Assembly: GCF_001194135.2 (NCBI RefSeq)
Contig: NC_068990.1
Span: 53,155,713 to 53,219,712, forward strand
Origin: Octopus bimaculoides
Taxonomy: Eukaryota
Length of the DNA: 64,000 nt
Direction of reading: 5' to 3'
Below, piece after piece: positions 13,320-26,832 of the stretch (position 1 is the first letter of the stretch; every line of letters begins with the position of its first letter). The translations under genes and the position numbers were made by a program. The notes beneath the pieces were generated by a model. It saw only the letters and a list, made by a program, of their open reading frames with translations, did not search any database and was not told where the DNA came from.

Positions 13320-13640
13320 GTGCTTTCTACTATAGCCTCGGGCTGACCAAAACCTTGTGAGTGAATTTGGTAGACAAAAACTGAAAAGAGCCCGTCATAT
13401 ATATGTTTATATGTGTGTATGTGTGTGTGTGTGTGTGTGTGTTTGTGTCCCCCCCACCCTCCATTGTTTGACATCTGATGTTGGTGTGTTTGCATCTTTG
13501 TAACTTAGCTGTTCGGCAAAAAAGACTGATAGAATAAGTCCCAGGCTTACAGTGAAAAAGTCCAGGGATTGATTTCTTCGATTAAAGGGTGGTGCTCCAG
13601 CACAGCCACCGTCAAATGACAGAAACAAGTAAAGGAATAA
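13320..13640 (+). mobile_element. SINE family B, 5'-truncated
   Basis: tctactatagcctcgggctgaccaaaacc...gtcaaatgacagaaacaagtaaagga matches family B body and tail. Confidence 0.8.
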
Positions 13641-14190
13641 ACGAATACCAGAAGAACATTCTGCACCATTAAATCAAGAAGGTTCTTTGAATATGCACAT
13701 TGTATTTTAAGGCTAAAAAGTAATTCTGTTTACGTTTGCATAATGAGATATTTTGGTTGGCTGATATAGTTATTGGTTTTACACTTCTTTCTATATTCTG
13801 TAACTGTCACAATATAGAAACATTTCTCATGGCACCAGATGCTTACATTTTTTATGTTTTCCGTGAATTTTTCATGGGTCCAGCTAGTAGTCATCATCAT
13901 CATCATCATCGTCATCATCATCATCATCATTATTAAGTTGGTGAGCTCGCAGAATTGTCAGACAAAATGTTTAATGTCATTTCTTCTGGCTCTTTACATG
14001 CTGGGATCAAGTTTGCCTTTCATCTTTTTGGGGTGGTAAAAGAAAGTTCCAGCTGTTCTATACAAACACAGAACAGTGAACATTAAAATGATGATAATGA
14101 TACATATATATTTTGGTGTGTGTATGTGTGTGTATAGATGGATATAGACACATGCATATATACATATATGTATATACACGCACACATATA

Positions 14191-15155
14191 CAGGGTGCAT
14201 CAGTATTTTGAAGTTATTTGTAGGAATGAAGAAAAAGAAGTTTAGCACATCAGAGAAAAACTTCGATGAAATGAAATTTGGTCCAAATAATTTTGAGAGT
14301 CCTTACAATAGTTCTATTCAATAAATTCACCATTAGCCTTAATGATGGTTTCAGTTCGGGGTCTGAAAAGTTGACATGCATGAATCAGATGGTCTTTATC
14401 AATTTTGGACATAATCTTTGTTATAGCGGACTTGAGAGATTGAATGGTATTATGAGAGTGTTGATTGACCTTTCTTTCGATGATACCCCATACGTAATAG
14501 TTCAGTGGATAGAGGTCGGGTGAGTTAGGGGACCATGTGTCCAGGATGACATGATCATGGAAATTGGTAAGCATCCAAGCTTGGGTTGTTTTAGCCTTAT
14601 GAGATGGTGCAGAGTCTTGTTGGAAAATGTAAGATCAAAGTTCTTCTTATCAGCAAAAAACCAAGGCATTCCAGTTTCTTGATGTTTCAAATTGTAGAGC
14701 AAGTGCTTTCCACAGATCAAACAATTATCTTTCGTTGTACTCAATATGAACTGACCTCTTCACATCACATACAACCTGTAACGGATATCTTCATGCACTA
14801 CTCTTCTGAGTTGTGTTGAATTTTTTCCTGTACTTTCTGCACAAATTCTTGGGTTCTTATGGTATTGGAACCCTTTGCATGTGTTTTGTATTTAGCTGCT
14901 AATGTTGGATCCATTATTATTATCATTATTATTGGATCCCCATCAGCAGCTTCTAGGTTTTCTCTAACTTTGGAAACAAAGGATTTCTGTATCTTTATGT
15001 TGAGCTTTTATGGCAATGATTACAGCATGCCTTTTCATTTGCTTTGTTAATTTCATGTCATTCATCACTATCAGAAAAAGAAATTAAAAACAAAACTAAT
15101 TACAAGAAAGTTAGAGTTATTTGAAGTGATGTCCTCCAAATACTGACACATCCTC

Positions 15156-15157
<2 letters not shown>
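14191..15157 (-). mobile_element. Internally deleted Tc1/mariner-superfamily transposon, DD37D (maT-type)
   Basis: TA then CAGGGTGCATCAGTATTTTGAAG on the left; CCTCCAAATACTGACACATCCTCTG on the right. Minus strand reads YIFQQD-SAPSHKAKTTQAWMLTNFHDHVILDTWSPNSPDLYPL-N-YYVW, with 37 residues between the 2nd D and the degenerate 3rd D, plus WFFADKKNF for the first D region. Confidence 0.8.
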
Positions 15158-15198
<41 letters not shown>

Positions 15199-16162
15199 GA
15201 ATGTATGTATGTAGAGAGATACACACACACACACACACACACATATATTTACATCCATATATACAGTCTGTCTATCTGAGCACCCATTGTGTGTTAGTCT
15301 GTTATGCACCTGTCTGTGCCTCCCTCTAACCATGTCAGACTTTTCTGTTATTAATTTGATTGAACTGTAATGAACAGTTATGATAAACCCTTTCATTATA
15401 TTTCCTATTTCTAATGAACCTATAAATTGAAATTAAAATGTCTTCCCATAACTTTTCCTCTCTCCAGGATTCTTTATGGAGTTTGTTGTTAAGTAAGTGT
15501 CAAATATCTTCCCCCCCCCCAAAATGTTTTTAAGTCTTGTAAAATGATTGATTATAGTAAGACTGGTGACATGTTTTAGTGGCAGTGATGGTGGCGGTAT
15601 AGTGATACAAGATTGTAAATTAGTGGAGAAGAGTCACACTTGACACCAGAAAGATTAAACAACAAAGGTCAGCTCCAGAAATAGTAAAGTACAACACAGA
15701 TACAAAGGAGGAGTAGTCAATTAACCTCAGTTCTTATTTTACTAAACTATCAGAAGGATGTAAAACAAGGTTGAGGTTGGCAGAATTTAAATTCTGAATG
15801 TAAAGATAGTGGAAGTAAGTCTTACAAGACATTTTGCCTGGTAATCTTTCTGCTTTACTACTTCTTTGTAATAATGCAAAATGAGTTTTTGCATTGGAAC
15901 AGTGTGATAAATTCTTTTAGAAGAGAGATATAATCAGTTAAATTGGCCTAAATTTATTGTCTGGTAATTATAGATTTGGAATAATGAAAAGGAGAGTTGT
16001 CCCTTGATTTTGGAATGTAGAGGTATGTATCTAAATACAAGAAGGTACCTTGCAGATTCTACTGTGTTGTCTGATACTGTATTGATTCTGCCGTTTTGTC
16101 TGATACTGTCTATATTGACTCTACCATTCAGAGCAATGATGATGATAATAATAATAATAATA

Positions 16163-16571
16163 GGAGAGGCATAAGAGTGGCTGTGTGGTAAGTAGCTTGC
16201 TTACGAACTGCATAGTTCCAGGTTCAGTCCCTCTACGTGGCACCTTGGGCAAGTGTCTTCTACTATAGCCTCGGGCTGACCAAAACCTTGTGAGTGGATT
16301 TGGTAGACGGAAACTGAAAGAAGCCCATCGTATATATGTATATATATGTATAAGTATGTGTGTGTGTGTATGTTTGTGTGTCTGTGTGTGTATGTTTGTG
16401 TGTGTTTGGTGGTGTGTTTACGTCCCCGTAACTTAGCAGTTTGGCAAAAGAGACTGACAGAATAAGTGCTAGGCTTACAAAGAATAAGTCCTGGGGTCGA
16501 TTTGCTTGACTAAAGGCAGTGCTCCAGCATGGCCACAGTCAAATGACTGAAACAAGTAAAAGAGTAAAAGA
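16163..16571 (+). mobile_element. SINE family B, essentially full length
   Basis: A box GTGGCTGTGTGGT, B box GGTTCAGTCCC, central (TA)/(TG) tract, tail gaaacaagtaaaagagtaaaaga. Confidence 0.85.
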
Positions 16572-16574
16572 ATA

Positions 16575-17218
16575 ATAATCCTTTCTACTATAAGCATAAG
16601 GCCTGAAAATTTGAGGGAGGGGACTGGTCGATCACATCGACCCCAGTACCCAACTGGTACTTAGTTTATTGACCCCAAAACGATGAAAGGCAAAGTCGAC
16701 CTCGGCAGAATTTGAACTCAGAACGTGAAGTCTGATGAAATACCACGAAGCATTTTACCCAGCATGTGAATGATTCTGCCAGCTCACTGCCTTACTAAGA
16801 ATAATAATAATCCTTCCCATTGGAGGCACAAGGCCTCAGATTTGGGGGTAGGGGCCTGGTCGATTATATCAACCCCAGTGTTTCAACTGGTACTTAATTT
16901 ATCAACCCCGAAAGATGAAAGGCAAAGTCAATCTTAGCGGAATTTGAACTCAGAATGTAGCAGCAGATGAAATACCACTAAGCATTTCGTTTGGCATGCT
17001 AACGATTCCGCCAGCTCACCACCTTAATAATAGTAGTAATAATGATAATCATAATCCTTTCTACTATAGGCACAAGGCCTAGATTTTGTGGGGAGGGGGA
17101 TAGTTGATCACATCGACCCCTCAACTGGTACTTAATTTATTGATCCCGAAAAGATGAAAAGCGAAGTTGACCTTGGTGGAATTTGAACTCAGGTTAACAA
17201 TTCTGTCAGCTCGCTGCT

Positions 17219-17220
<2 letters not shown>
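16575..17220 (-). mobile_element. Three head-to-tail SINE family C copies separated by (AAT)n
   Basis: Units at about 16575-16793, 16810-17025 and 17053-17220, each with ggtactta.tttat...gatgaaa.gc.aagt..ac.t..g..gaatttgaactcag. Confidence 0.85.
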
Positions 17221-17297
<77 letters not shown>

Positions 17298-18101
17298 TTT
17301 CTTTATTAACCACAAAGAGTTTACATTAAGATGGTTGGTGTGGGTGGAACAAAACATTGAATGTATGTGTGTATGCATTTGTGTTGTGAGGTTTTTGTGT
17401 GTAAACAGGTTCAATGAAAAGATAAAAAAAATCATTTGATAATGGGTAATCCTCAATAAGGAGTAGATGTTCAAGGGCTACTCATAGAAAGATCCCATAA
17501 AACCATAAAAGAGTCTAAAGTAATATAAATATAAGGTATTAAGAGTAATATTAACGTTAAAAAAAAATCATTGAAAAATGCATCCGCCTCCAAAAATTGA
17601 CTGCTGAGAGTTACTTCCCTTAGCATTGATCGTCCTTATTGTTGCTATTTTGAATGTTTTGTCATCAGTAACCACCTCCTCACTGAATACGATCACCCCT
17701 AATGTCACAGTGTATCTCTTTATTCCTTCGAAAACAGCGTGATGGTCGGGGAATCACGACATATTCTGTTGATATGCTTAGCATTCTCAGATGTTTATCT
17801 ATAATCGTGTGCCGTGTATGTAAACAACTCCATGTTATTTGGTAAACACCGTTTCTTAAAAACGGCAATATTTAACCTCGTTAGAAAATAATCACCGCAG
17901 CATCAACAGAAGTAGTTAATTGTGGTTTCTGATTTGGGCTCAAGGCCAACAATTTTGAGGGGAAGAGGTTAGTCGATACTTTCGACCCCAGTACTTGACT
18001 GGTATTTTATTTTACTGACACCAAAAGGATGAAAGGCAAAGTTGACCTTGGTGGGATTTGAATATAATGAGCCAAATAATAATAATAATAATAATAATAA
18101 T

Positions 18102-18418
18102 CACAGGCGAAAAGATAGATAGATACAACCCTCTTAAGTACGAAATAGCCTGGTGAAAATATGAAAATAGTGCCAATTGTTGTTGGGTCCTTAGGAACAG
18201 TATCAGAAGGCATCAAGAGGAATTAAAAGGAATTGGAATAGAGTGCCCAGTAGAACTGTTACAAAAGGTTTGCCTCTTTGGCACAGCCAGAATAATCAGG
18301 AAAGTATTAGATAGCTGAAAAGAACGAATAGCATGGTACTGTAAGTTGCAGGTAGTAAGCCTGCTACTTTGCAAGACTCCAGGAGCTCCAACAAAACCTG
18401 TGATAAAGAAAAAATATA
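18102..18418 (+). mobile_element. 3' fragment of an RLE-type non-LTR retrotransposon (R4/Dong-like)
   Basis: Frameshifted peptide EKIDRYNPLKYEIA / MKIVPIVVGSLGTV / ELKGIGIECPVELLQKVCLFGTARIIRKVLDS* matches the C-terminal restriction-like endonuclease region of R4/Dong/NeSL-type elements; flanked by (AAT)n on both sides. Confidence 0.65.
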
Positions 18419-18574
18419 AATAATAATAATCACATAAGGTTGTGTTGCATGTGCCTGATGTACCCTTATCAGATGGGTTGTTATGATGGGTATATTGGGC
18501 TTCATATATTTGTACCCCAGTGTCACTTAAATGGTATGTGCTGCTCTCTCACTCAATAATAATAATGATAATAT

Positions 18575-19092
18575 TCCTTCCTACTATAGGCATAAGGCCT
18601 GAAATTTGGAGAAAGGAGCCAGTCAATTACATCAACCCCAGTACTCAGTACTTATTTCATTGACCCTATAAAGATGAAAGACAAAGTCGACCTCAGTAGA
18701 ATTTGAACTTAGACTGTAAAGACGGATGAAATTCCACTCATTTTGTCCAGTATGCTAACAATTCTGCCCATCGCCAGGTGCAGGCATGGCTGTGTGGTAA
18801 GAAGTTTGCTTTCCAACCACAAAGTTCTAGGTTCAGTCCCACTGTGTGACACCTCGGGCAAGTGTCTTCTATTATAGTCTTGGATTGATCATGTCTTTTG
18901 TCTCCCACCACCACTTGACAACCAGTGTTGGTGTGTTTATGTTCCTGTAACAGTTCAGCAAAAGTGACCAATAAGATAAGTACCAGGCTTTAAAAATAAT
19001 AAGTATTGAGTTTGATTCTTTTGACTAAAAGTTCTTCTGTGCAATGCCCCAGCATGGCTGTGGTCTAATGACTGAAACAAGTAAAAGATAAA
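18575..19092. mobile_element. SINE C (minus) directly followed by SINE B (plus)
   Basis: Family C core at 18575-18775; family B head gcatggctgtgtggtaagaagtttgc at about 18783 through tail gaaacaagtaaaaga. Confidence 0.75.
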
Positions 19093-20691
19093 TAATAATA
19101 TTTGTTTCTCTCATAGATATGTAGGAGTTCAAGTTAGGTGTAACCAGGTTGTTGTAAGTTTTTTCCTTTTTCTTTTTTTGTAAGATTAGTATCATTAAAA
19201 TGTTTTCAAATAAGTTGTTTGAAATGTTGTATTCTATCTTAACAACACCTTAACTTGTGACCTGGGAAGCCTGCGAGAGGCATCAAATTATAATAATTAT
19301 TAGTGTTCTGAGGAAAATGTATATTATCTTACTTATTTCACAATATCAGTGTGTGTGCATGTGTGTATTGTCTGAGTCTGTCTGTCCATCTATGCATCTA
19401 AACATGTAAACTATTTCTAAAAATATAAACCTGCACTTATTGAAAAATGCTATTGTTTACTCGTTATCCTCTCTCTNNNNNNNNNNNNNNNNNNNNNNNN
19501 NNNNNNNNNNNNNNNNNNNNNNNNNNNNNNNNNNNNNNNNNNNNNNNNNNNNNNNNNNNNNNNNNNNNNNNNTATATATATGTATCTCCAGTGAAGCTCT
19601 TTATTTTTAATCATAACATTCTTATTTACTTTCTGCCTATTTCCCCCTCAATTTTATTTCACATATAGCATTATTTATATTAGCAATAGGCATTTTTTTC
19701 TGTTTAGCTATATTTTGTATTTTTTTTTTAATTAAAGTATCTTTTTAGTTTTCCTTTGCTAACAATATTTCTATTTAGTAGGTGTTCTGTTGTTAACTAG
19801 TTTTGATCACATTCTTATTTATTTGAGATAGGGTTCTACTCAGATGTAATATTTTTAGAAATTCAGTACCTGATAAGTTTATAAATTCAAATTTGATTTT
19901 CACCTATTAAGCATTGAGAAAGTAAATTTTCTAAAACTGGAAGCCAGTCATCTATATTTCTTTTTACAAAAGAAGAAAAACAAATCAAACCTTGTTTAGA
20001 GTAAGATCCATAATGAATCACTATGACTATCGTGTCATCACTTTGGAGAATAGAATTAAATTCTGTTTGGTGCCAATGCAACCAATTTATAGTTTGCATT
20101 CTTCACTTGTGAACGGTTATATTTCAAGTGATTAAATTCTTTTATCATTGGTTTACTACTGGCATAGGTGAAACAAGGACAAGTTTTGTTATTATGGAAT
20201 GAGGAAGCTAAGTTTGATATCTGACAAAGTAACTCATAATATCTGTGTTGGTGGTGGAATAAATAAATATAGCTGTTGTATGAATATTTCTTGGCCAGTT
20301 AGATTTATTAATTGGGTTTCAACATGAGATAATGCTTGCATTTCAGAGCCATGACAAGTGACTGGGCAATTTCTACTTGATTGATTATTAATTGATCCGT
20401 ATCTCTGTGATAATTGTGCTGCCAACAGTTATGTGAAACATTTGTTTGAAATGGGGAACATTCAATATCTCCCAAAGTATGTAATTATAATAAGTCAACA
20501 GAACAAATCTTCATCATATCCATTTGGATAGTGGAAGTCTTAAAAAAAAATGAGATGAAATTGTAATATTATTTGAAAACTATCTTCTTATTGCAAACTA
20601 TTCTTTAATAAAACATCCTTGTTTCTACCCTAGGGCCTTTTCAGAAAGATAGAATTAAACTAATTCTAAAGTTAATTCATTAGCTTGTATT

Positions 20692-20729
<38 letters not shown>

Positions 20730-21104
20730 TGTGTATAGATATATTCTTATCTGGTGCATCAATAATTTTAGTAAGCATTTGTAATAATGTTTCCAATGTT
20801 TGATATTGCTGTTGGATAGTATTTTCATCTTCTTAGTTGATTGTTTTAGCATTTAGATGTTAATGATTCTTGTACTTATTACACACTTAATGGCTGCAAA
20901 CATTGCTGCTGTGTGTTAGTGGGATAAGACACTGAAGTTACAAATGTGTAATGTATCTGTTTGTTAAGTACTCTTCAGAGAAAGTGGTAAATTGGCAGAA
21001 GCAGTCAAGCGTCAGATAGACTGTCTTGTAGCATTAATTCCAGTTCTTTGTGTTTTGAGTTTAAACTCTGTCAACTTTGTCCTTCATGCTTTGGGGCAGG
21101 TTTT

Positions 21105-21512
21105 ATCTTTTTTTTTTACTGGTTTTAGTCATTAGACTATGGCCATGTTGGGACACCACCTTGAATTTTTTAGTTGAATGAATTGACCAGTATTTATTAT
21201 TTTTTTTTAAGCCTGGTACTAATTTTATCTCAATGCTTGGTACTTTAAGCCTGGTATTAATTCTTAGTGCCAAACCGCTAAGTTATGGGAACATAAACAC
21301 ACCAGCACCTCTTGTCAAGTGGTGGAAGGGGGACAGTAAAGGCACAAAGACACACACACACACACACACACACCTTTCAGTTTTTGTCTACCAAATCCAC
21401 TCACAAGGCTTTTGTTAGGCTGAGGTTATAGTAGAAGATGCTTGTCCACACAATGGGACTGAACCTGGAACCATGTTGTTGGGAAGCAAACTTTTTACTA
21501 CACAGTCACACC
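21105..21512 (-). mobile_element. SINE family B
   Basis: Reverse complement of tail (tttactggttttagtcattagactatggccatg) and head (gaaccatgttgttgggaagcaaactttttactacacagtcac). Confidence 0.75.
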
Positions 21513-23701
21513 TGTTGATTAAAAAATAAAAGATAAAATTGAATTTCTGGTGTAAGAAAGATTGAATGCTTTACAAAATGTTAAAGTAAAATGTGACAAG
21601 TCCTGGTACTATAATGAAAGATCAATGTATAATTTCTTATGAAATGCTATAGAAATTTGAACTGGCACTGATAAACAAACATTACTTGTGATTGTTTGAT
21701 GTTTCATTGCAGTCTTTCTAGTTATACAAAACATTTTGATTGTTTAAAACAACATGAAAATTGTTTGATCATTATTGTTTGTATTTTAAAATTTGCCAAT
21801 CAATGCCATCATAACAATGGTTGTTAAAACAACAATGATGATGATGTTGATGACAGACTTACAGACAAACAAATATTTAGACCTTTTATACATCATCATT
21901 TGCTTCACTCTCACTTTCTACACTTCATTAAAATGGTGATCCATATGTAATAAACCTACTCCAGTTGTTCATAGAAGCAGAAATGTCAATTTGCATTTTT
22001 GGAGGCAATTCTCTACTAAGTTGTCAACTTTTTACAATAAACCATGAAGGAATTGATGTTGTCAGGAACTGACCAATACAAGCTCACTAGCATCTCTTAA
22101 ATCATCACTGAAATTCCTGTAGTTTATTAAATCCTTTTGTTACCATATTCTTGTTGAAATACATTGCTTGTGTCTCAATTAATCTTTGAAATAATGAGGA
22201 ATTTATTAAGATAACTTTTGCTATTATAAAACTGTTGTTAGGAACATAAATTGGCATGAAATTTTGATGGAAGGTTTTAATTTAGATTACTGTAAAACAG
22301 CTCTCAGTCAAGTTTAGAAGTGTTGAAGTAAAGTTAAGGCATTAAGAGTCTTTTATATTTTTATTTATTACATTGAGGTGGTGTAATATGGTGTGTCTAA
22401 AGTTGTACAGTAACAGGAAAAACAATGTAGAAATAATTTCTGACACTAGTGTCAGGAGTCAGAACCTCTCTAAAGGATAAATCATTATCGAAATAAAGAA
22501 CTAAATGCTTGTGTATTCTAATCTGGAAGTATTCCATTTCTACAGACAACATGGTAGGTAATATTTAGGATATCAGTGTGGTGTGAGTTCTTTCCAGGTT
22601 TTTCCAGAAACTGATGATTTAATCTAATTTGAGCTAGATCATCCACCTCAAAGTTTAGTGTACATAGCTAGTCTTTGAGAGACATTGTGTACAAGAAATG
22701 AGGAGTATCAGAGCTTAGTTCAGCTTTCATAGGATTGAGCAGTAGCTGAGATGCTTCTCTAAAGGAAACTTTGGTCATAGTAGGATATGAACTAATGCTC
22801 TTTATGTTAACAAAGTATTCAACAGCAACGATGCAATAGGGTCCCTGTGTTTGGGTGAACAGTACTTCCTCATGGTACTTATTAATAGTTAGTTGAATGG
22901 TTAAATGAGTATTGTTTTTGTCATAGGCAGAAAGTACCATCGATGAAGTTTTAAATTGTCATAACTCGGGCACAAATTGAATTTGACAAACCTTTAAATC
23001 TTACTAACAATTATTTCCTAGATTGGTCAACTTAACTTTTGTTTCAGACCAGACTTTTTCTGTAGTATTGTTTTGTGTTGATTTTTTCTTTATTAGTTTT
23101 AGTTTTGTTAATTTTCTGCTTTTTTTTTCCTGCTTTTTTATTATGATCTCTGACCTTCTGCAAGGTGTGTTTGTGTGTTTTCGTGAGTTCCATTATATTT
23201 TTGTTACCAATAATTGATTTAAAGTTGTGTTAAATGTCGATACAGACCCTACAAACAGTTTATGAGGTAGGTTTTCAATATCAGGTTTTCAATTTACCAA
23301 CTGAGTAAGCTTGCAGGCATTTTCTTGCATTGTCAACATTCAACTTTTGTTGCTTGCTGCTGCTGTGTGTGTGGGTGGACAGTTACATTCCCAGACATTC
23401 CTTGCCTGGCTATTCTTCTCTTCTAATCTCTGCCAGTTGTAGAGTTCTCTGATTTACTGATTCCGCTTCATGTCTGCAGTGTGTTGCAGCTGCTGTTGTT
23501 GTTGCTGCCAGAAACCACAAAGTGTCAGATTAACTATTTATAGCATCTGCTTTCGGTCCTCTGTAATCTCAGGTCAGATTGTGTTGAGGGTCAGCAAAAT
23601 ACCTGTAATATACTGGGGTTATTCAATCTCTCCCCACCCTATGGAGATTGGCTTTGTGCCTAGTCAGAAGAAACCAGAATTAATAGTTTTTATAGTGCTT
23701 C

Positions 23702-23737
<36 letters not shown>

Positions 23738-25171
23738 GTACTTCCTCTCTTACAACACTAGACTTGTGTTGTCATATCTTTGTTACATGCACTGCTGTCT
23801 TATTAGCAGTGTGTGCATGTGTGTCTACACACATACTTGTTGTTGATTGTCCTATGAAGAATAGGATTATTATCATCATCCCCTCCCATTAGTGTTCTTC
23901 TAAACCAATTACATCCTCCTCTATACTTGGTTCTTGTGAAAAACAAATCTCTTCTCAGCTGCCACTGTTTGAGTTAAGGATTCATGTTTTCTCTAAATTC
24001 TCCACCTCCTACATCTGCCTGTTTACTGCTGTTGTCTGAGACTGTTTCATATCCAAAGGTCCATTTTTTGTTTTGTTTTTCTCTCTTGTTTGATATTTAA
24101 TCAACTTTTAATGCCACTACCTACACTGGAAATCTCTATTTCAGCTTATGTAATAATATCTAATATAGTGTGTTTAGTTCATTTAAATCCTCTTCAAACC
24201 ACTGTAACTTCTCATTAATCAGAGAGTAAAGTAAGATACCATGAAGTAACACGTTTATATCATTGCTGAATGGGGAAAAAAACAAAACAAAAATTGTTCT
24301 TTTATAAGCTATATTAGTTAGTCTGTCTCTAATCTTTTAAATCTTTAATCTTTTCAATCACTTCACTTGAGACAAAATACTTTGTGCTATTTGGTTATGG
24401 CTCTTTACATATTCAAATCTTGTTGGGGCCAACTTTGCTTGTTAACCATCTAGGGTCAATAGAATATACATCAGTCAATTACCGGTGCCAATCTAATCAA
24501 TTAATCCTCTCCCCTTCACCTCTACATTATTTCAAGCTCTGTTGGAAACAATTATATTGCATGTTAGTTGGAGAAAGAGATAGTAACAATTGTTTGTGAA
24601 TCTGAAAGCAGAAGGGAGATAACTTGAAGATATTAAGGTTCAATTTCAAAGAAAACTGTATTCATCATTGAGAGAGAATATGATGGTTGTTAGTAGGTAA
24701 CATGACAGCTATGGACATAATGCTCTCAAGCATGCTTCAGTGCAATATAAAACTTTTACAAGTCAAGAGACTTACAAAGAATTTTGGTTGCTGTAATTTA
24801 CATAATTAACGAAATACCTTCATAAGCTCTGTTTCTCCATGTAAAAGTTTCTGTCCACTAATCACACTAAGATTAAGACAACTAGTTTACTGATAAGACC
24901 TAATAAGACTGAAGCTTGGACCACTTACCTTGCCTGTTAACAAAAGTTGATTTTCTCTTCAAGCATAAAATTTCAATTTTCTGTGTATTCAATTTTGAAT
25001 TAATTGAACTTATCTCCCCTTTTTTTGTTAGTTACTGACAACTCCTGCTAAGTTGTTGTTTTCTTTCTCCAACTAAGAGGTAAATTAATTTATAATTTTC
25101 TATATTTAGCATTAAATCCTATTTACAGTTTTGTTTTCCTGGTGTTAAGATTACTCAAAGACCTAGACAGA

Positions 25172-25490
25172 ATCATCATCATATAATGTCCATTTTCCAT
25201 GCTGGCATGGGTTGGATGATGCAACAGGGACCAATAAGTCAGAGGACTGTGCCAAGCTCCCATGTCTGCTTTGACATGGTTTATGACTGGATGCCCTTCC
25301 TAGCACTGATAACTTTGAAAAGTGTACTGGGTACTAGCACAAGTGAGGTCACCAAGTAACTCACAGATGAGGTGGGAGTGCTGTATTAAGGGGCATGGCT
25401 TTGTACCAGGCTGAGAGATTAAAGTATGGTAGAGAGACAAAAACAGATGGCTTGCTGTAGGGGAGATGCTTGGCTTCCATAGTGGGAAAG
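25172..25490 (-). mobile_element. Diverged element with RTE-type 3' tail
   Basis: catcatcatataatgtccattttccatgctggcatgggttggatg matches the RTE tail at 59008. Confidence 0.55.
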
Positions 25491-25889
25491 AAAGAACAGA
25501 AATGTCAAAATATACTTTAGTTATTTACCTACCTTGTATAGAGCATCTGCTTATTACTGTGGGCAGTGGCTGTGTTGCCTTTACTAAAGGCGAGTGTAAA
25601 AGGCTATGGATATTCCATTTGGTTTCTTGGCAGCCCTGATACTATTTTACTTTCTCAATGGAATTGCTTTAGTACATTTTGTTATTAATGATTCAAGATA
25701 ATATTTTGAAACGTTGAAATCTGATATAATTTAAATCTAATGTAAGAAATTAATAGCAAGAAGTTACATTTGTTAGCTCATATCTCATTGTAGTTTGCTG
25801 CCTCTGTGAACATAAAAAAATAGTGTCATCATTATTGTTGCTGCTGCCGCCGCTGCCACCGTCACCACCATTATTATTATTATTATTAT

Positions 25890-26330
25890 TGAGTGAGAGA
25901 GCAGTGCATGCCATCAAAGTGACACTGAAGTAAAATATATGAAGCCCAGTATACCCATCATGACTACTTGTCTAATAAGGGTACACCCAGCACATGCATC
26001 ACAACCATATGTGCACAACATAGCGATCTTATATCAAGATAAATAGCACATGGCCTTGCAGGTGGGACCCAGTTAGAATAAAGGTCCCTGAATAAAGGTT
26101 GTTTAAGGATGTTGAACAAAACACCCATGTTTCCAAAGGTGAATTATCCAAACCCCAAACAATTCCTCTCAACACATGGCTATGATGCTTCCTACTGCAG
26201 AGATGCCCATATCGTCAGCCATTAGGGGACATGCTCAACTGATTACGGTCAAGCAGCTGACAAGCAAATCTGTGGTACTGAGCAGAATATTTGCTGTAGC
26301 CCATCTTTTATACCAAGACAAAACAATGTA
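25890..26330 (-). mobile_element. Family D repeat, second copy
   Basis: Collinear with 11505-12000; (ATT)n on both flanks. Confidence 0.7.
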
Positions 26331-26349
26331 ATTTATTATTATTATTATA

Positions 26350-26550
26350 AGGCAGTGGGCTGGCAGAATTGTTAGCACACCTGGCAAAATGCTTCGCGGT
26401 ATTTTACCTGTTGTTCAAATTCTGCCAAGGTCGACTTTACCTTTCATCCTTTAAGGGTTGATAAAATAAGTACTAGATGAACACTGGGGTCGATGTAATC
26501 GACTCATCCCCTCCCCCAAAGTTGCTGCCCATGTGACAAAATTTGAAATC
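26350..26550 (+). mobile_element. SINE family C
   Basis: ggcagtgggctggcagaattgttagcac...gttcaaattctgcc...caaaatttgaaatc. Confidence 0.8.
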
Positions 26551-26832
26551 ATTATTATCATGATCTTCATCATCATCATCATCATTACTATTATTATTGC
26601 TGTCATACTGTGAAGTCACTGAAATTTAGTGCTCTGTAAGTTGTAAAAGTGTCTGTCGTTTCCTTGGTCTTCTAAGGCCCTGTCTTTTCATTTCTGTTGT
26701 TACTATTACATTTCTGAGATTGTCTGGATTGCACACCCTCCTGTTTTGCAGAGGGTGCACATAAGTAATTTTTGAATTTTAACTGCTTTCGGCAAAAACA
26801 AATATGTTGCAATTTTCTGTAAATTTTTAAAG

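Noticed and set aside
15468-15492. 25-nt micro-exon candidate (ctctccag / GTAAGT)
   Set aside because: Not frame-preserving with the phase-1 neighbours, and no other support; could only be a poison or UTR exon.
16163-16245. tRNA-like A/B boxes here and in other SINE heads
   Set aside because: They continue into SINE bodies and lack an intact cloverleaf; not tRNA genes.
16575-17220. Regular repeat-spacer appearance suggestive of a CRISPR-like array
   Set aside because: Units are about 200-bp SINEs separated by microsatellite in a eukaryotic intron; no short direct repeats with unique spacers and no cas genes.
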